Of a stretch of DNA of 64,000 nt, positions 34,189 through 47,600 are shown in pieces. This DNA comes from Phoronis australis. Taxonomy: Eukaryota > Animalia > Phoronida. The notes beneath the pieces are model-generated. The model saw only the letters and a list, made by a program, of their open reading frames with translations, did not search any database and was not told the origin of the DNA. The stretch covers positions 270,414 through 334,413 of the forward strand of contig NMRA01000214.1 in assembly GCA_002633005.1 (NCBI GenBank), in the 5' to 3' direction. Every line of letters starts with the position of its first letter. The first letter of the stretch is position 1. The position numbers and the translations under genes were made by a program.

Positions 34189-37100
34189 CAACATATGGAT
34201 CAGAACAATGGTTCCCGCGATCGATAACTGCCTTGGTAGATTTTTCAGTTAATCTTGATGTGTCAACTTGAAAACAATAGTTGATTTGCCGATTGTCTGT
34301 AAATTTCATTACTGAACGTTTTTGTCTAGTTGCACGCCATACCCATACATAAACGACAAGCTGCGACCCACGGATAACCAAGACTAAAGAAAGGTGGAAG
34401 ACGAAAATTAAGAAGATAATCTAACAGGGGTTTATGTAATGTAACGTTGCTTGCGTATCATACTGTATTAGTATAAATAGGGTACAGCTCGATTCTCCAA
34501 AGGTTCACAAGTTCGAACTCTCATAATACCACAAATGAATAAAAAGGCATTATAAGGCCGAAGGTTCACAAATCCGACAGAAAGAAAAAAAACTAGTTAG
34601 TTCGAAACTAGTCCGAAGGTCTATGATGCCAGAAACCAGCGATTCAAAGTCAACGACAGCCAAGCAGCAAAATTTTGGCGGCGATAAACCATACTTCGAA
34701 CATGTAAACAACTACAGCAACTCAGTGAATCGCCCAACTTCATGTTTCGATCCCGTTTTGAGAGGCACAGGCTCTTCGAAGTATTAGTTTCAAGCAGCCG
34801 TGTGCAAATAAATCCCTGAACGTTTTGCTCAAAATCACTGTTCGGAACCTAGTGTCATGAAAGTTCAAATTTATAACCTTCGGTAGGTTTTCATAATTGT
34901 GTGGATAAGTCTTCAGATTTATGGATTTTTAGACTTGCAGACCTTGCAACCCATGAATACCTTAATTTCATATAAACTCTGTACACATTCTTTCTCACTT
35001 GAAGTTTTCTATTCAGGTCATATAAGGTTGATCACTTCTTATTGTACAATTTTTAGCGACTTGGCAAGTCGTCGAACTAGTGGACTTTGGCTGACTAGTG
35101 TACCATTTACCCACGGCACCTGACGTCGCGAGCAGTTACAGTGTACCAAAAGTGCAGAAGGACCACTAACACGAATGACACCAGGGCCAAAGATATGGTG
35201 CCGTTCAGCTGTATCCTGACAGTTACCCCTTTTGACTAAATGTGTGTACTCATTTGAGCCATCAAAACTTGATCAATCACTTGTTTTATTTGAAAAAGCG
35301 AAGTGAAAAATCTACTTCAAGAATACGTCTTTATTCGAGTACACGGCTTCACAACTGGTTTCAGTGCAGTCTCTCAAAAATTGCGTTGGTAATTGTATAA
35401 CTGGGAGATCTTGTCAATATAAAATACACTATAGGCTCTCAGTTCGGGTCGCCTGTATTATATTCCTTCTCGGAAGTGAACTACATTTAGTCTTAATTGC
35501 TGTATTTTATTTGAGCGACTTTGTCATTTGTTAAATAGCTGGGCTTTGTTTAGCATTAAAAGGATACCAAACTCGGTTTTGGCCTACTTACACATACTTA
35601 AAACGACTTTCCCCATCCAGTTCTCTGAAACAAAATAATGCTTTGTAACTTATCGCCAACCCTCAAAAGTCTGAAGAAAATTTTGAAAACTTCTAACAAA
35701 TTCTGCTAAACGGGCAAGCGTGACCTACGCTTTTAACAAGTTACACAGCACCATTGGAAAAGGCCATCCGTCAAGGACCACAACGTGCAATTTATGAGAT
35801 AGGAAGTATAAGTTTTTTCAGTTGGTTCCTGCGTTTATTTTGGAAGATTGACACTGAAGATGAAAAGCAGATGACAGAAAGTGGATTGGTTGACATCATC
35901 AATAAAAGGTTTATCATCCTTACAGGACCATACAAGACCGCGACGTCACGACGGGTTACAGTGCATCAAAAAGTTTCTGCAGTATCACTAATACGACTGA
36001 CAACAGAGTTGAAAAGTGTATTACCGTTCAACTTTCATGAGCAAAAAGCAATTAAAATGTTTTACACTTCAGTTACAAGTTTGTTGGGGCATCTTTTTAC
36101 TTTCCTAACCAAATTTCTTTCAATGTATACTTCACAATATGAAATACACTCACCTCGGCTCAGGTATGTTAAATTCGTCCTCGAAGGTTGATTGGACTTT
36201 ATTGCCAAGTATGCGATTTTAGATAATTTTTTTACAAAATTAAATATTTTAACTCCTTAAATTTTTATATTATTGGAAACTAGAAACCCAAGTAAAATTT
36301 GAAATTTTGATTTTTACTTGTCTGATATTCATAATGATTGCCTCACAAGAATGTTACCCTTAAGTAAAATTTAGCGAAAAAGAAAAGAAAAGCACAGTAA
36401 TAGCAAAACAACGGTATCGATAACAAGATCGAATTTCATTTGATGAAAATGTTCCAAGACGTAATCTCAAAAAACTATTAATGTTCTAAGATATCATCAG
36501 TTTATTTTGAATTCGTTTTGTAAACGGTGTTTAAGTCCTTGGATTTGGAAGTTTTACATAAATCTGGACAGCTATTTCTGAGATATAAAACTTCAAAGTT
36601 GGGGAAATGTACACGATTTTGAAGCTTCAAAAGTCAGAGAAATGTTGACGTTTTTTCTATGGTCATACAGGACCTCGCCACAACTGGCAGTGCACCCGGC
36701 CAAGATGTCGCTGAACCACCAACACAAAATGACACCAGAGTCGGAAAGGTAAAAAATCCCAGGAGTTGCCTCTTACGTGAGGGCGTGCACCATGAGATCC
36801 TGTTTTACCCGATACATGAAGGGCGATAGAGGTGTGTAACTTTCGTTATTGATAACATTTTTGTCTGGCTGACACGTACAGTTACAGTTACCCACCTGTG
36901 ACAAATGTATGGTGTCTAGATAATTGGGTTGTACTCAAGTATTAGTGTTTGGGTTGCGATGACGCACATGTACTTCGAATAGATAAAGCTCTCCATCCAT
37001 CATATCTATTACCATTTGCATGCACTAAGCGTTTGTTACTTGTCCTGCTGGTACATTCGCGTTGACGCTAACACTCTTTTTAATCCCGACTAACCATTGC

Positions 37101-37852
37101 AGTAACATACTAACACCAATCCTAACATATTAAGAAATAAGCATGAATAAATCCAAACGACGTTCAAGGTCACAAAATGCATGCTGAGTGGTGTTATTTG
37201 AATTCCTCTCCAAATGCCAAGATCAAATGGAGCTGAACAGTGGTTCCCGTGATCGATTACTACCGTGGCAGGGATAAGGATTTTTGAATTAGTTTCCGAA
37301 TGGCAAATTGAAAACAATAGGTTGATTTATCGACTGTTTGTAAATTTTATTAATGAACGTTTTCCTTTATTTACTTACCATGCCCAAGCCACAACGATGC
37401 GATCCGACTCGCGGATAACCAAGACGGAAGAAGAAGCATGAAAGACTGAAAATTAACAACCGAAGACTAAAATTAAGAAGGAAATTTAAAGTAGCGTGCA
37501 AGTCACAGTGCATTAGTATAAATAAGATGGAGCTCGATACTCCGAAGGTTCGCAAGCCTGAAGGCAAGTTATGTAACATTGAATGATTTTTTTAAAATAC
37601 CCTATCAGGCAAACAAAAACGTTTCTAAAAACAGCCCTATCAAACTGATAGTAAAACAACTAATATTCTTTCAGACTTGTGTTGATCTTCGGATTTATTT
37701 ATTTGTCGACTTGTAAACTTTCGGAGCCATGAATTCCGTAATTTCATACATGTACCTTCCGCCCACAACTGTTCTCATTTGAAGTTTTCAATTAAGATCA
37801 TATGGGTTCATTGTTTCGAGGGGATTAACTTCTTTCAAACCTGATTATAGTT

Positions 37853-39502
37853 TTTATGCGCAAACGTATTTATATGTGGACTCATTATGCCGTCATCTCC
37901 GTCCATCCGTTCGGTGTGCGGCGTCCGGCGTCAGCTCCAAAACGCCTGGACGTATGTTCAGAAGTTTTGCATTTGTGTTTCTTCTTGGATGGGACGGCAT
38001 GAGCGAACTTTCAGGCGGATCCGACTATTGGTGTGACCCCTAGTGGCAATTTTAGTGTTTTACGTTAACCTCTGTAAGCTAACTTCAAAAGTCCTGAACG
38101 GATTTTTATAAAAATTGGTATATAGGCACCTATTAGTGAGATGAGGCAAACCTTCCGTTTTCAAATGGATTCGACGTAGTTTGCTCCACCTGGTGGCCAT
38201 GTTTTGGTGTTTTCGAGTTTGTTTTTTCGTCCACCCCTCTATCAACCAAACCGCTCAAAGGATGATTGTGAAAATTGACATGTATGACGATGATTTTCCG
38301 ACGACTTCGACTACTATGTCACCTCCTAGTGGCAGTTTTTTTGCGCCTATGGCTGCATGTCCTAAACCGTTCGCAGGATTTTAATAAATTTAGTAAGTGT
38401 ATTATGTGATGTTGACGACGGACGACAACGACTTTCGGACAGATCTGACTACTGGTGTGCCACCTACTGGCAATTTTATTTTTTTACATTTACCTCTGTG
38501 TGTTCAAACGTCCTCAACGTATTTTCATAAAATTTGGCATACGCACATGTTAATTAAGTGACGCTGTCTCTCCGTTTTCAGATGGATTCAACCTAGTTTG
38601 CGCCATCTAGTGGCCATTTTTATTGTTTTCGAGTCTGTTTTTGGCGTCCAGTCATCTATCAACGAAACCGCTTTCAGGATAATTGTGAAAATTGGCATGT
38701 ATGTTTTTACTATAAAGTGTACGGCTGACGATGATTTTCCGACGACTTTGACTACTGTGGAGCCTCCTAGTGGCACTTTTGTTTTTTTGCTCTCATGACT
38801 GTATCTCCTAAACCGTTTGCAGGATCTTTACTTAATTTAGCGATTGTATTTATATGATGTTGACAACGGACAGCGACGACTTCCGGACGGATCTGACTAC
38901 TGGTGTGCCCCCTAGTGGCAATTTTAGTTTTTTACGTTTACCAGTCTGTACCTTCACAGGTCCTCAACAGATTTTCATAAAGTTGTGAATATAGGCATTT
39001 ATTTTTTTGGATGGAATTGAGGTATTTTGCGCGACCTAGTGGCCATTTTTAATGTTTTCAAATCTTGTTTTTCGCGTCCACCCCTCTATCAACGAAATCA
39101 TTCTAGGGATAGTTTTCAAAATTGGCGTACATGTTTTCAGTGCGAAAAGGACGTTTGATGATGGCAACTGACTAGTGTGGCGATATCTCCTAAACCCACT
39201 TCAGGATCTTTATTAAATTCAGTAAGTGTATTTATATGATGATAACAACAGACGGCGACTTTCAGGCGGATCCAACGAACGCTGTGCCCACAAGTGGCAA
39301 TTTCATGTTATTCTGTTTTCCTTTGTTTCTCTGAAGTTCCTTGACAAATTTTTATGAAATATGGGATGTTCCCGTTTTTGGATGGATTGTACGTTTTTGC
39401 GCCATCTAGAGGCCATTTTTATGATACAAATAAATAACCCTAAAAGCACACCATTTGCGATGCATTAGTGGGCGCATTTCAAAGCTCGGCGTTGCTCTTG
39501 TT
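37853..39502 (+). mobile_element. Helentron-associated non-autonomous element (HINE/DINE-1-like) with internal tandem repeats
   Basis: Inserted in a T-tract; 5' TTTTATGCGC.., TCCGTCCATCCG microsatellite-like tract, ~3.5 copies of a ~420-bp repeat, 3' GTGGGCGCAT subTIR and terminal GCTCTTGTT. Confidence 0.75.
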
Positions 39503-40114
39503 TAGGGACTTGTTCTTTCGTCAAACTACTGGCTGACCAGTATACCATTAACATGGGAGATTTTACAAAAATCTGAACTGCTATTTCTAAGATATCAAAC
39601 CTTTAAAATTAGACAAATGTGGACACTTTCTAGGGCCACGCAACATCTGAAGTAGCAGGACGCTGCCGTTGCCACCACTGGAAGCGAACAAAAATGTCAC
39701 TGAACCGTCACCATGTAATGACACCAGAATAGGAAAAGTAAAACATCCAGGAAACTGCCTCTTCTGTGACGGCGTACGTCATGAGATACTGTCTTACCCA
39801 ATACACAAGGTACGACTGAGGTGCGTTACTTTCGTTATTGATAACATTTTGGACTGGCTGTCACGTGCAGTTACAGTTCTCCACTTGTTACAATCACTGT
39901 TCAGAGCCTCGTGACATGAAATTTCGAATTTTTAGCTTTCGAACTAATGGTCTCGTACTTGTGAGGATGGATTTGTTTACTTGCAAACCTTTGAAGTCGT
40001 GAATACCGCGATTTCATAAATTTGGCCCATACTTTTTTACTTGAAATTTTCAATTCAGATCATATCATTCCATTTTTTCAAGGGGTTGACTTCCTTTTAA
40101 CATTATTGTACAGT

Positions 40115-40260
40115 CTGTAGCACACCCTTGACAAAGAGCTCATCGCTCGAAACGTGGGGATTTGTTATTTATTTTAGTACCTACGCTCGTCGTTTTATTT
40201 TTACTATTTTATATTCTTATCCCTCGGAAACTGCACGGCATTTCAACATCTATTTGATAA
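40115..40260 (+). mobile_element. Penelope-like element remnant with minimal hammerhead-like motif
   Basis: CCC-TTGACAA-A-GAGC-tcatc-GCTC-GAAAC-GTG-GGG at 40125-40159, followed by a T-rich tail; the block is absent from other array units. Confidence 0.55.
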
Positions 40261-43200
40261 CATTGTTCTATGCCTTTTAGATACTTGGCCTTTCGTCAAA
40301 CTATTTGACATTAGGTGACTAGTACACCATCAACATGCAAGATCTGACATTGGGAACAGTGACAGTATACCAAAATTTCTGTAGGACCACTGACAAGAAT
40401 CACACCAGAGGCAAAAAGGATGTTTTCGTCTATTTACACACCATACCCATACCCATACCCCAAAGATAACCTGCGACCTTCGTTGAACCAAAACGAAAGA
40501 AGAAAGATTTAAGACGAAAATTATGAAGGTAAATTATCGTTGCTTGGGTTTCATACTGCATTGTACAGCTCAATACCTCGAAGGTTTTCAAATCAGTGGC
40601 CATAATACAACAAATGAAAATTCATTGAAAAAACCCTATCAGCCTGAATGTTCGCAAATTCGACAAAAAGCTTAGTAGTGCGAAAATAATTTGACGACCA
40701 GAGAGACGAGAAATCAGTGATTGAAAGTTAATGACAAAGGAGCGGCAACATTTTAATGGCGGAAAAACCAAAACTTGAAAATTAAAATAAAAGCGACAGT
40801 TCAGTGCACATTGCCAAACGTTGTTTGGATACGTTACCAAGACACTGGCTGTTTGAAGAATTCGTTTTAAGAAGCCACGTGCTTACGTGACTCTCCAAAC
40901 ATTTTGCTCGAAATCACTGTTCAAAATGCCTCGTGATATGAAAATTCGAACCTTTTGTTTTCGAACTAATGGTCTTTCGGGTTTGTGTGGATATTGATGG
41001 ATTTATTTACTTGCCTGTCTTTGAAAACAAGGAATACCGGCATTTCATAACTTTACCCCAAACTTTTTCTCACTTGTAGTTTTCAGTTCAGATCATATGA
41101 TTTCATTGTTTCCAAAGAGTTAACCTCCTTTTATCATTATTTTAGGTCTTTCAGGTACTTGGCCTTTCGTCGAACTATTTGACTTTGGCTGACCAGTATA
41201 CCATTAACATGCGAGATCTGACATTGCGAGCATGGCAATATACCAAAAATACTGCAGGACCACTGACACGAATCGCACAAGAGTCAAGGTTCCGTTAATT
41301 TGTAAACATCATAGATGCTTCTGGGTTTTACTACAAGTTTGTGCTCCTGTGCGTCATCAAAACATGACGACAATTTTTCGATATGGAAAAGGGAAGTGTA
41401 AAATCTACTAGCCAGTCATTCAGGCATATGTCTTTATTAACGCACAATGACTCACATCTAGTTTCAAGGCATGTTCTCTTAAAAACTATTAAAAGCTAGC
41501 AAAAGCCGAAGACCCATTGTTAATTAAACAATCGTGTCAAAACATGATCGAAAATCATTTGATGAAAAGTTTCGAGAAGTGATCCCAGAAACAATGTTGA
41601 TGTTTTAAATTGTGATTATTGCACTTTCGTTTTGTAAAAGACGTTAAAGTCATAGTATGTGAACGTTTTACATAATTCTGAACTGCTATTTCTGAGATAG
41701 CAACCTTTGAATCAAGAGAAATGTAGACGCTTTTTCTAGGGTCATACAGGATCTGAACTACTGTCAACGGACTAAAGATGTCGTTGAACCACCAACTCAA
41801 AGCGACACCAGAATCGGAAAAATCAAAAATCCCGGAAATTGCCTCTTCCCTCAGGACGTGCGCCATAAGATGCTATCTTATCCAAAATACAAAAGACGGT
41901 AAAGGTGTGTAAATTTCATTGTTAAAACGTTTTGGACTTGCTGATAGGTGCAGTTACAGTTCTCTACCTGTGACAACTGTGTGGTGTCCAGGTCGCTGTA
42001 AAATATTTTAAGTGTTGGCTGGTTTTTAATTGCACGATGGGTTCTTCTAATGTATTAAAGCTTAGGCCGTGATGACACACTTTTAATCCCATGGACAGAT
42101 CTGCCCATTTGGTATTACCATTCGCTTGGACTAGAGGTTTGTTACTTTTCTTGCCTGTGGATTTACGTTATCGCTAACGCACTTTCCAATCCCGCCCAAC
42201 AAAGCACTAACATACAAACACAAGCCCTAACAGACGAAGACATACACCACAAATTAATATAAATGGCGTTCAAGGTCGCAAAAGCCATGCTGAATGGAAT
42301 ATTTGAATCCCTGATCCCATGCAGAAGCAAGATGAAGCTGAGCAGTGCTTCCCGTGGTCGATTCCTGCCGGTGTAGGGAGAAAGATTTTTCAATTGATCT
42401 GCGTACGGCAAATTGAAAACAATTGATAGGTCGATTGTTTGTAAATTTTATCAATACACCTTTTTTCCTATTTACACGCCATACTCATACCCAAAGATAA
42501 CCTTCGTTTAACCAAAACGAAAGAAGACGAAAATTATAAAGCTAAAGTATCGTTAATTGGGTTTTATACTGCAGTGTGTACAGCTCGATACCTTGAACGT
42601 TCTCAAATCCCTTCCCATAATACAACAAATGAAAACATATTTAAAAGAGTGTTATTAGGCCGAAGGTTCACAATTTCGAGAAAAAGCTTAATAGTTCTAA
42701 AACAGTTTGACAAGGACAAGATCTTTTCAATAGATGTGCGTGTGGTTAATTGAAAACAGTCGATTTTTCGATTATTTGTAAATTTTATCAATGCATGTTT
42801 TGTCTATTTACACGCCACACCCAAGCCCCAACAATACCCCCATGACCCTCGGATAACCAAAACGAATTCCGAAAGATTTAAGGTGCAACTTATGAAGGTA
42901 AACTATCATTGCTTGCGTTTCATATTGCATTTACTATAAATAGTGTACAGCTCAATATGTTGAAGGTCGTCAAATCCGTACCCGTAATACGTTAAACGAA
43001 AACGTTTTTAAAAAAAGCCATATCAAATTGCTAGTTGAACAACGGTTTCAGTAACTTAATCGAAGTTTATTTGGTGAAAAGTTCAGAGATGTGATCTCAA
43101 AGACACCGTTGATGTTATAAAATATGATCATTTCATTTTTGTTTCGTGAACGGAGTTTAAATCACAGCATTTGACAGATTTACCTAAATCTGAACTGCTA

Positions 43201-43783
43201 TTTCTGGACGTTTTTCTAGCGTCATACAGGATCTTAACTAGCAGGACCCTGGCCTGGCCCTCACTGTCAACGAACCAAAGATAGCATTGAACCATCACCT
43301 TAAAATGACACCAGAGTCAAAAAGGTAAGAAATCCAGAAAATTGCCTCTTTTTTGAGGGCGTGCACCATGAGATGGTATCAAGGTTCCGTTCACTTGTAA
43401 ATATCATAGAATCTACTAAACGTTTGTACTCCTGTGAGTCATCAAAATATGACAGACACTTCTTTGATTTGGAAAAGCGAAATGAAAAATTTTGTCGCCA
43501 GTCACTCAGGCATCTGACTTTATTGATGTACACTGTTTCACACCTGATTTCAGGGCACAGTTTCTCAAAAACCATAGAGTTTAGCACAAAAAACAAGCGC
43601 TCATTGATAGTAAGAATTTCATTTGAAGAGAATGATCCAAATGTGAAATACGGTTAGCGCTCTAAAATTTGAGCATTTCATTTTCATTTTGTAGAAGGTA
43701 TTTATATCATAGAATTGAAATTTTACATAAATTTGAACAGCTATTTCTGATACGAAGCTTTAAAGTTAGAGAAATGTAGACGT

Positions 43784-44660
43784 TTTTATTCGCCCGCATA
43801 TTTATATGTGAGTGTTTGTCATCTCTGCCTGCCCGGTTGTCCGGGCATCCGGGATACGGCGTCCACAGCTGTATCTCTTAAATCCTCACAGGACCTTGAT
43901 GAGATATGGCAGATGTGTTTCTATAAGGCTGACGACAGTTGACGACGAATTTCGGACGGATCCGCCTACCGTTTCTTCAAAGGTCGTCGGATTTTCAGAA
44001 AACTTGGCTCATGGGCCAATAAGATGACGCTATCCTCTCGTTTTCGGATGACACCTAATCGCAAATTTTACTGCCCTCGAGTATATTTTTGGCTCCTATC
44101 CCTCCATCAATCAAACCACTCTAAGGATGATTGTGAAAATTGGCATATGTGTTCTTACTGTGAAGAAGGCAGCTGACAACGGCTTTCCGACGACTTCGAC
44201 TACCGTGACACCTCCTAGTGGCATTTTCCTTTGATTTTGCGCCTAGCCCATGGCTCTGCAAGATCTTTATTAAATTTAGCAAGTATCTTATATTAAGTTG
44301 ACAACGGATGACAACGATTTCAGGACGGATTGGACTACCGGTGTACCTCCTAGTGGCAATTTGATTTTCTTTAAAGTTTACCTAAAGTCTGTATATTCAA
44401 AGGTTCTTTGATGGATTTTCATACAATTTGGCAGATAGGCATATATTATTGAAATGGTGCCTATCTTTCATTTCCGGATAGATTGGGAGTATTTTGCGGC
44501 ACCTAGCGGCTATGTTTTACTGTTTTCGAGTATTTTTGTCGTCCGCCCCTCTGTCAACCAAACCACTCTATGGATGATTTTAAAAATTGGCATACACGTT
44601 TTTACTGTAAAAAGGTCGGCTGACGGTCTTGTTCCGACGAAATTGGCGCTTCTTGGTGGC
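43784..44660 (+). mobile_element. Second, 3'-truncated copy of the HINE-like element
   Basis: Starts in a T-tract with hairpin CGCCCGCATAT-TT-ATATGTGAGTG; same CCTAGTGGC-containing repeats as 37853-39502. Confidence 0.72.
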
Positions 44661-47600
44661 AAATTGAAAAATTTGATTTTGCCGGTTGTTTGTAAAATAC
44701 ACATTTTTGTCTATTTACAAGCCATACATATACCCAAACAATGTGCTGCGACCCACGGATGACCAAAACAGGAGAAGGATTTAGAATGCAAATTATGAAG
44801 GTAAACTAACGTTGGTTGCGTTTCATACTGCATTATTATAAATAACTGCAGTTCGATACTTTGAAGGTTCTCAAGTCCAAACATCCATAACACGAGACAT
44901 GAAATTGTTAGCTTGTCCGAAATAAGGCCACGCAACCAGAAGCCGGTCATTCAAAATCAACGACAGCGAAGCAGCAAAATTTTAGTAGCGGTAAAACAAA
45001 GTTTGAAAATGTAAATGAAAGCGAAAGCTCAGTGCACATTGCTGAACTGTTTTTGGATTTTTTCCAGAGGTACTGGCTCTTCGAGTGTTTAATATCCCAA
45101 AATATTTTGTTCCAAATCACTGTTCAGCACCTCATGTCATTAAAGTTTGAACTTTAAGGTTTCGCAGTTATGGGCTTTCGCACTCGCGTGTATTTGTGGA
45201 CTTGAAAACCTTCCGAAAAATGAAAGCCGTGATTTCATACCTTCAGCAAACACACTTTCTCAGTTCTAGTTTTAAATTGAAGTCATGTAGGTTTTATCGC
45301 TTCTAAAGGCTTGGTTTCCTTTTAACCGTATTGTAGATTTAATAGCGACTTGGTCATTCTTCGAACGATGGACTTTGGCTGACTAGTATACCATTAACGC
45401 GCGGTATTTAACGTCGAAAGCAGTGACAGTATACCCAAGGTAGGACCGGACAACTAACACCAATGTCATCAGTAATGTTCATCTGAAACCATCCCTGTTT
45501 GATTTGAAAAAGCGAAGTTCAAAATTTACTCGCCAGTCATTCAACATCTGTCTTTATTCATGAACACTGTTTCACACCTGGTTTCAGGGCAAAAAAAAAT
45601 GTAAGTTTAAGAAAAAAAAAAAACAAAAGCACATTAATGTTAAAACAATGGTATCAATCCAACAGTGGAATTTCATTCGATGAAAATAAATGTTTCAGAA
45701 GTCATCACAGAAAAACAGTTAATATGATCATTTCATTTTCGTTTTTTGAAGGGTGTTTAAATCATGGTATTTGACATTTTACCTAAATCTGAACTGCTAT
45801 TCTGATACGAATCTTCAAAGTTAGAGAATTTTGAACGATATTCCAAAGATAATACACGATCTGAACAACCATGACCTCACCACTACTGGCAGAGAACCAA
45901 AGATAACACTGAACCACCTACTCAAATGATACCGTAATTGGAAAGGTAAAAAAAATCTCTGAAGTTGAGTGAGTGCGCACCATGAGATGCTGTCTTACAC
46001 GGTATACGAAAGACGATTGAGGTATGAAGCTTTCGTTATTGATAACATTTTGTCTGGCCGATACTTGCAGTTACAGTTGTATACCCGTGTCAACTGTGTG
46101 GTGCCCAAATCATTGTAACAGCGTTTAAGTGCTGTCGAACATTGTTTGGATCTTTTCTAGAGGAGGCACTGGCACTTCCAAAAAGTAATTTCAAACAGGA
46201 ACGTGCATACAAATCTCCGAACATTTTGCTAACTGTAATAAATGAAAGTTCGAAATTTTAGCTTTCAAACTAATGGACTTTCGACCTAGTTTGGACCTTT
46301 GGATTTATGGATTTTTCGACTTGCAAACCTTCGGACCAATGAATAAGTGATCTCATACAGTACCTTCTGCTCACACTCTTTCTCACTTGTACTTTTCAAT
46401 TCAGATCATAAGGTTTGATTGCTTCCAATGAGATGACTGTTTGAACATCATTGTAGGCTTTTAAGGAATTGACCTAATTTCGTCAAACCACAGGACATTG
46501 GCTGACTAGTATACCATTGTCATGCGGGATGTGACGTCGCGAGCAGTGAGAGTGTACCAAAGGTGCCGCTGGACCACTCACAGGAATGACATCAAGAGTC
46601 AAAAAGTATGGTGCCGTTCACCCCTAAATATCCTGGAAGTTAAATGCTTCGACTGTCTGTGTGTTCTACGAGTCATCAAAACTGTATAGAAGCCTTGTTT
46701 GATTTGGAAAAGTCAGGTCATTCAGGCATCTATTTTTATTCATATGCATTGTATTACATCTAGTTTCAGGGCACAGTCCCTCAAAAACTGTACAATTTAG
46801 CAAATGGTAAAGCCACGTTAATGGTAAAACAATGATCTCAATAACAACATCGAATTTCATTTCATGAAAGTGTTCCAGAAGTGACCTCAGAACTCTAGTA
46901 ACTCTCCGAAATATGCTCTTCATTTTTGTTTTGTGAACTATCTTTAAATCACAGTATTTGGAGGTGTTACATGAATAAGAACAGCTATTTCTGAGATACA
47001 AACGTTCAAAGTTAGAGAAATATAGACGTTTGTTCCAGGGTCTTATAGGATCTGAGCAAGAAGGACACTGACCTTACCACCACTACCACAGAGCAAAAGA
47101 TGTCGCTGAACCACCAACACAAAATGATACCATAATCGGAAACGTAAAAAATCTCTTAAGTTGCACTCTCCCTTAGGTTGCATCTTGAGATGCTGCCTTA
47201 AAAGATACATGAATTACGATAGAGGTGTGTAACTGACGTTATTGACAACATTTTGGTCTGACTGACACTTGTGACAACTTTGTGGTGCCTTGATCATTGT
47301 AACAGCTTTAAAGTGATAACGGTATTTTACTTGTACTCTGGCTTGTACTCAAGTTTTAGTGTTTGGTTAGTGATGACACACGTGTACTTTATATGGATAC
47401 ACCTCTCCATGCACCAAATCTATCACCATTCGCTTTCACTTGTCGTTTGTTACTTGTCTTGCTGGTACATTCGTATTGACGATAACACTATTTCTAATTT
47501 CCACTAACATTTGCACTAACATACTAAAACATACCCTAACACACTAAAAACAGCATGACTGAATCCAAATGACGATCCTGTGTGCATGCTGAATGTTGTT

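Noticed and set aside
35380-36360. ~1-kb insertion in the first array unit with a 145-aa ORF
   Set aside because: Probably a TE remnant, but neither termini nor protein motifs could be identified
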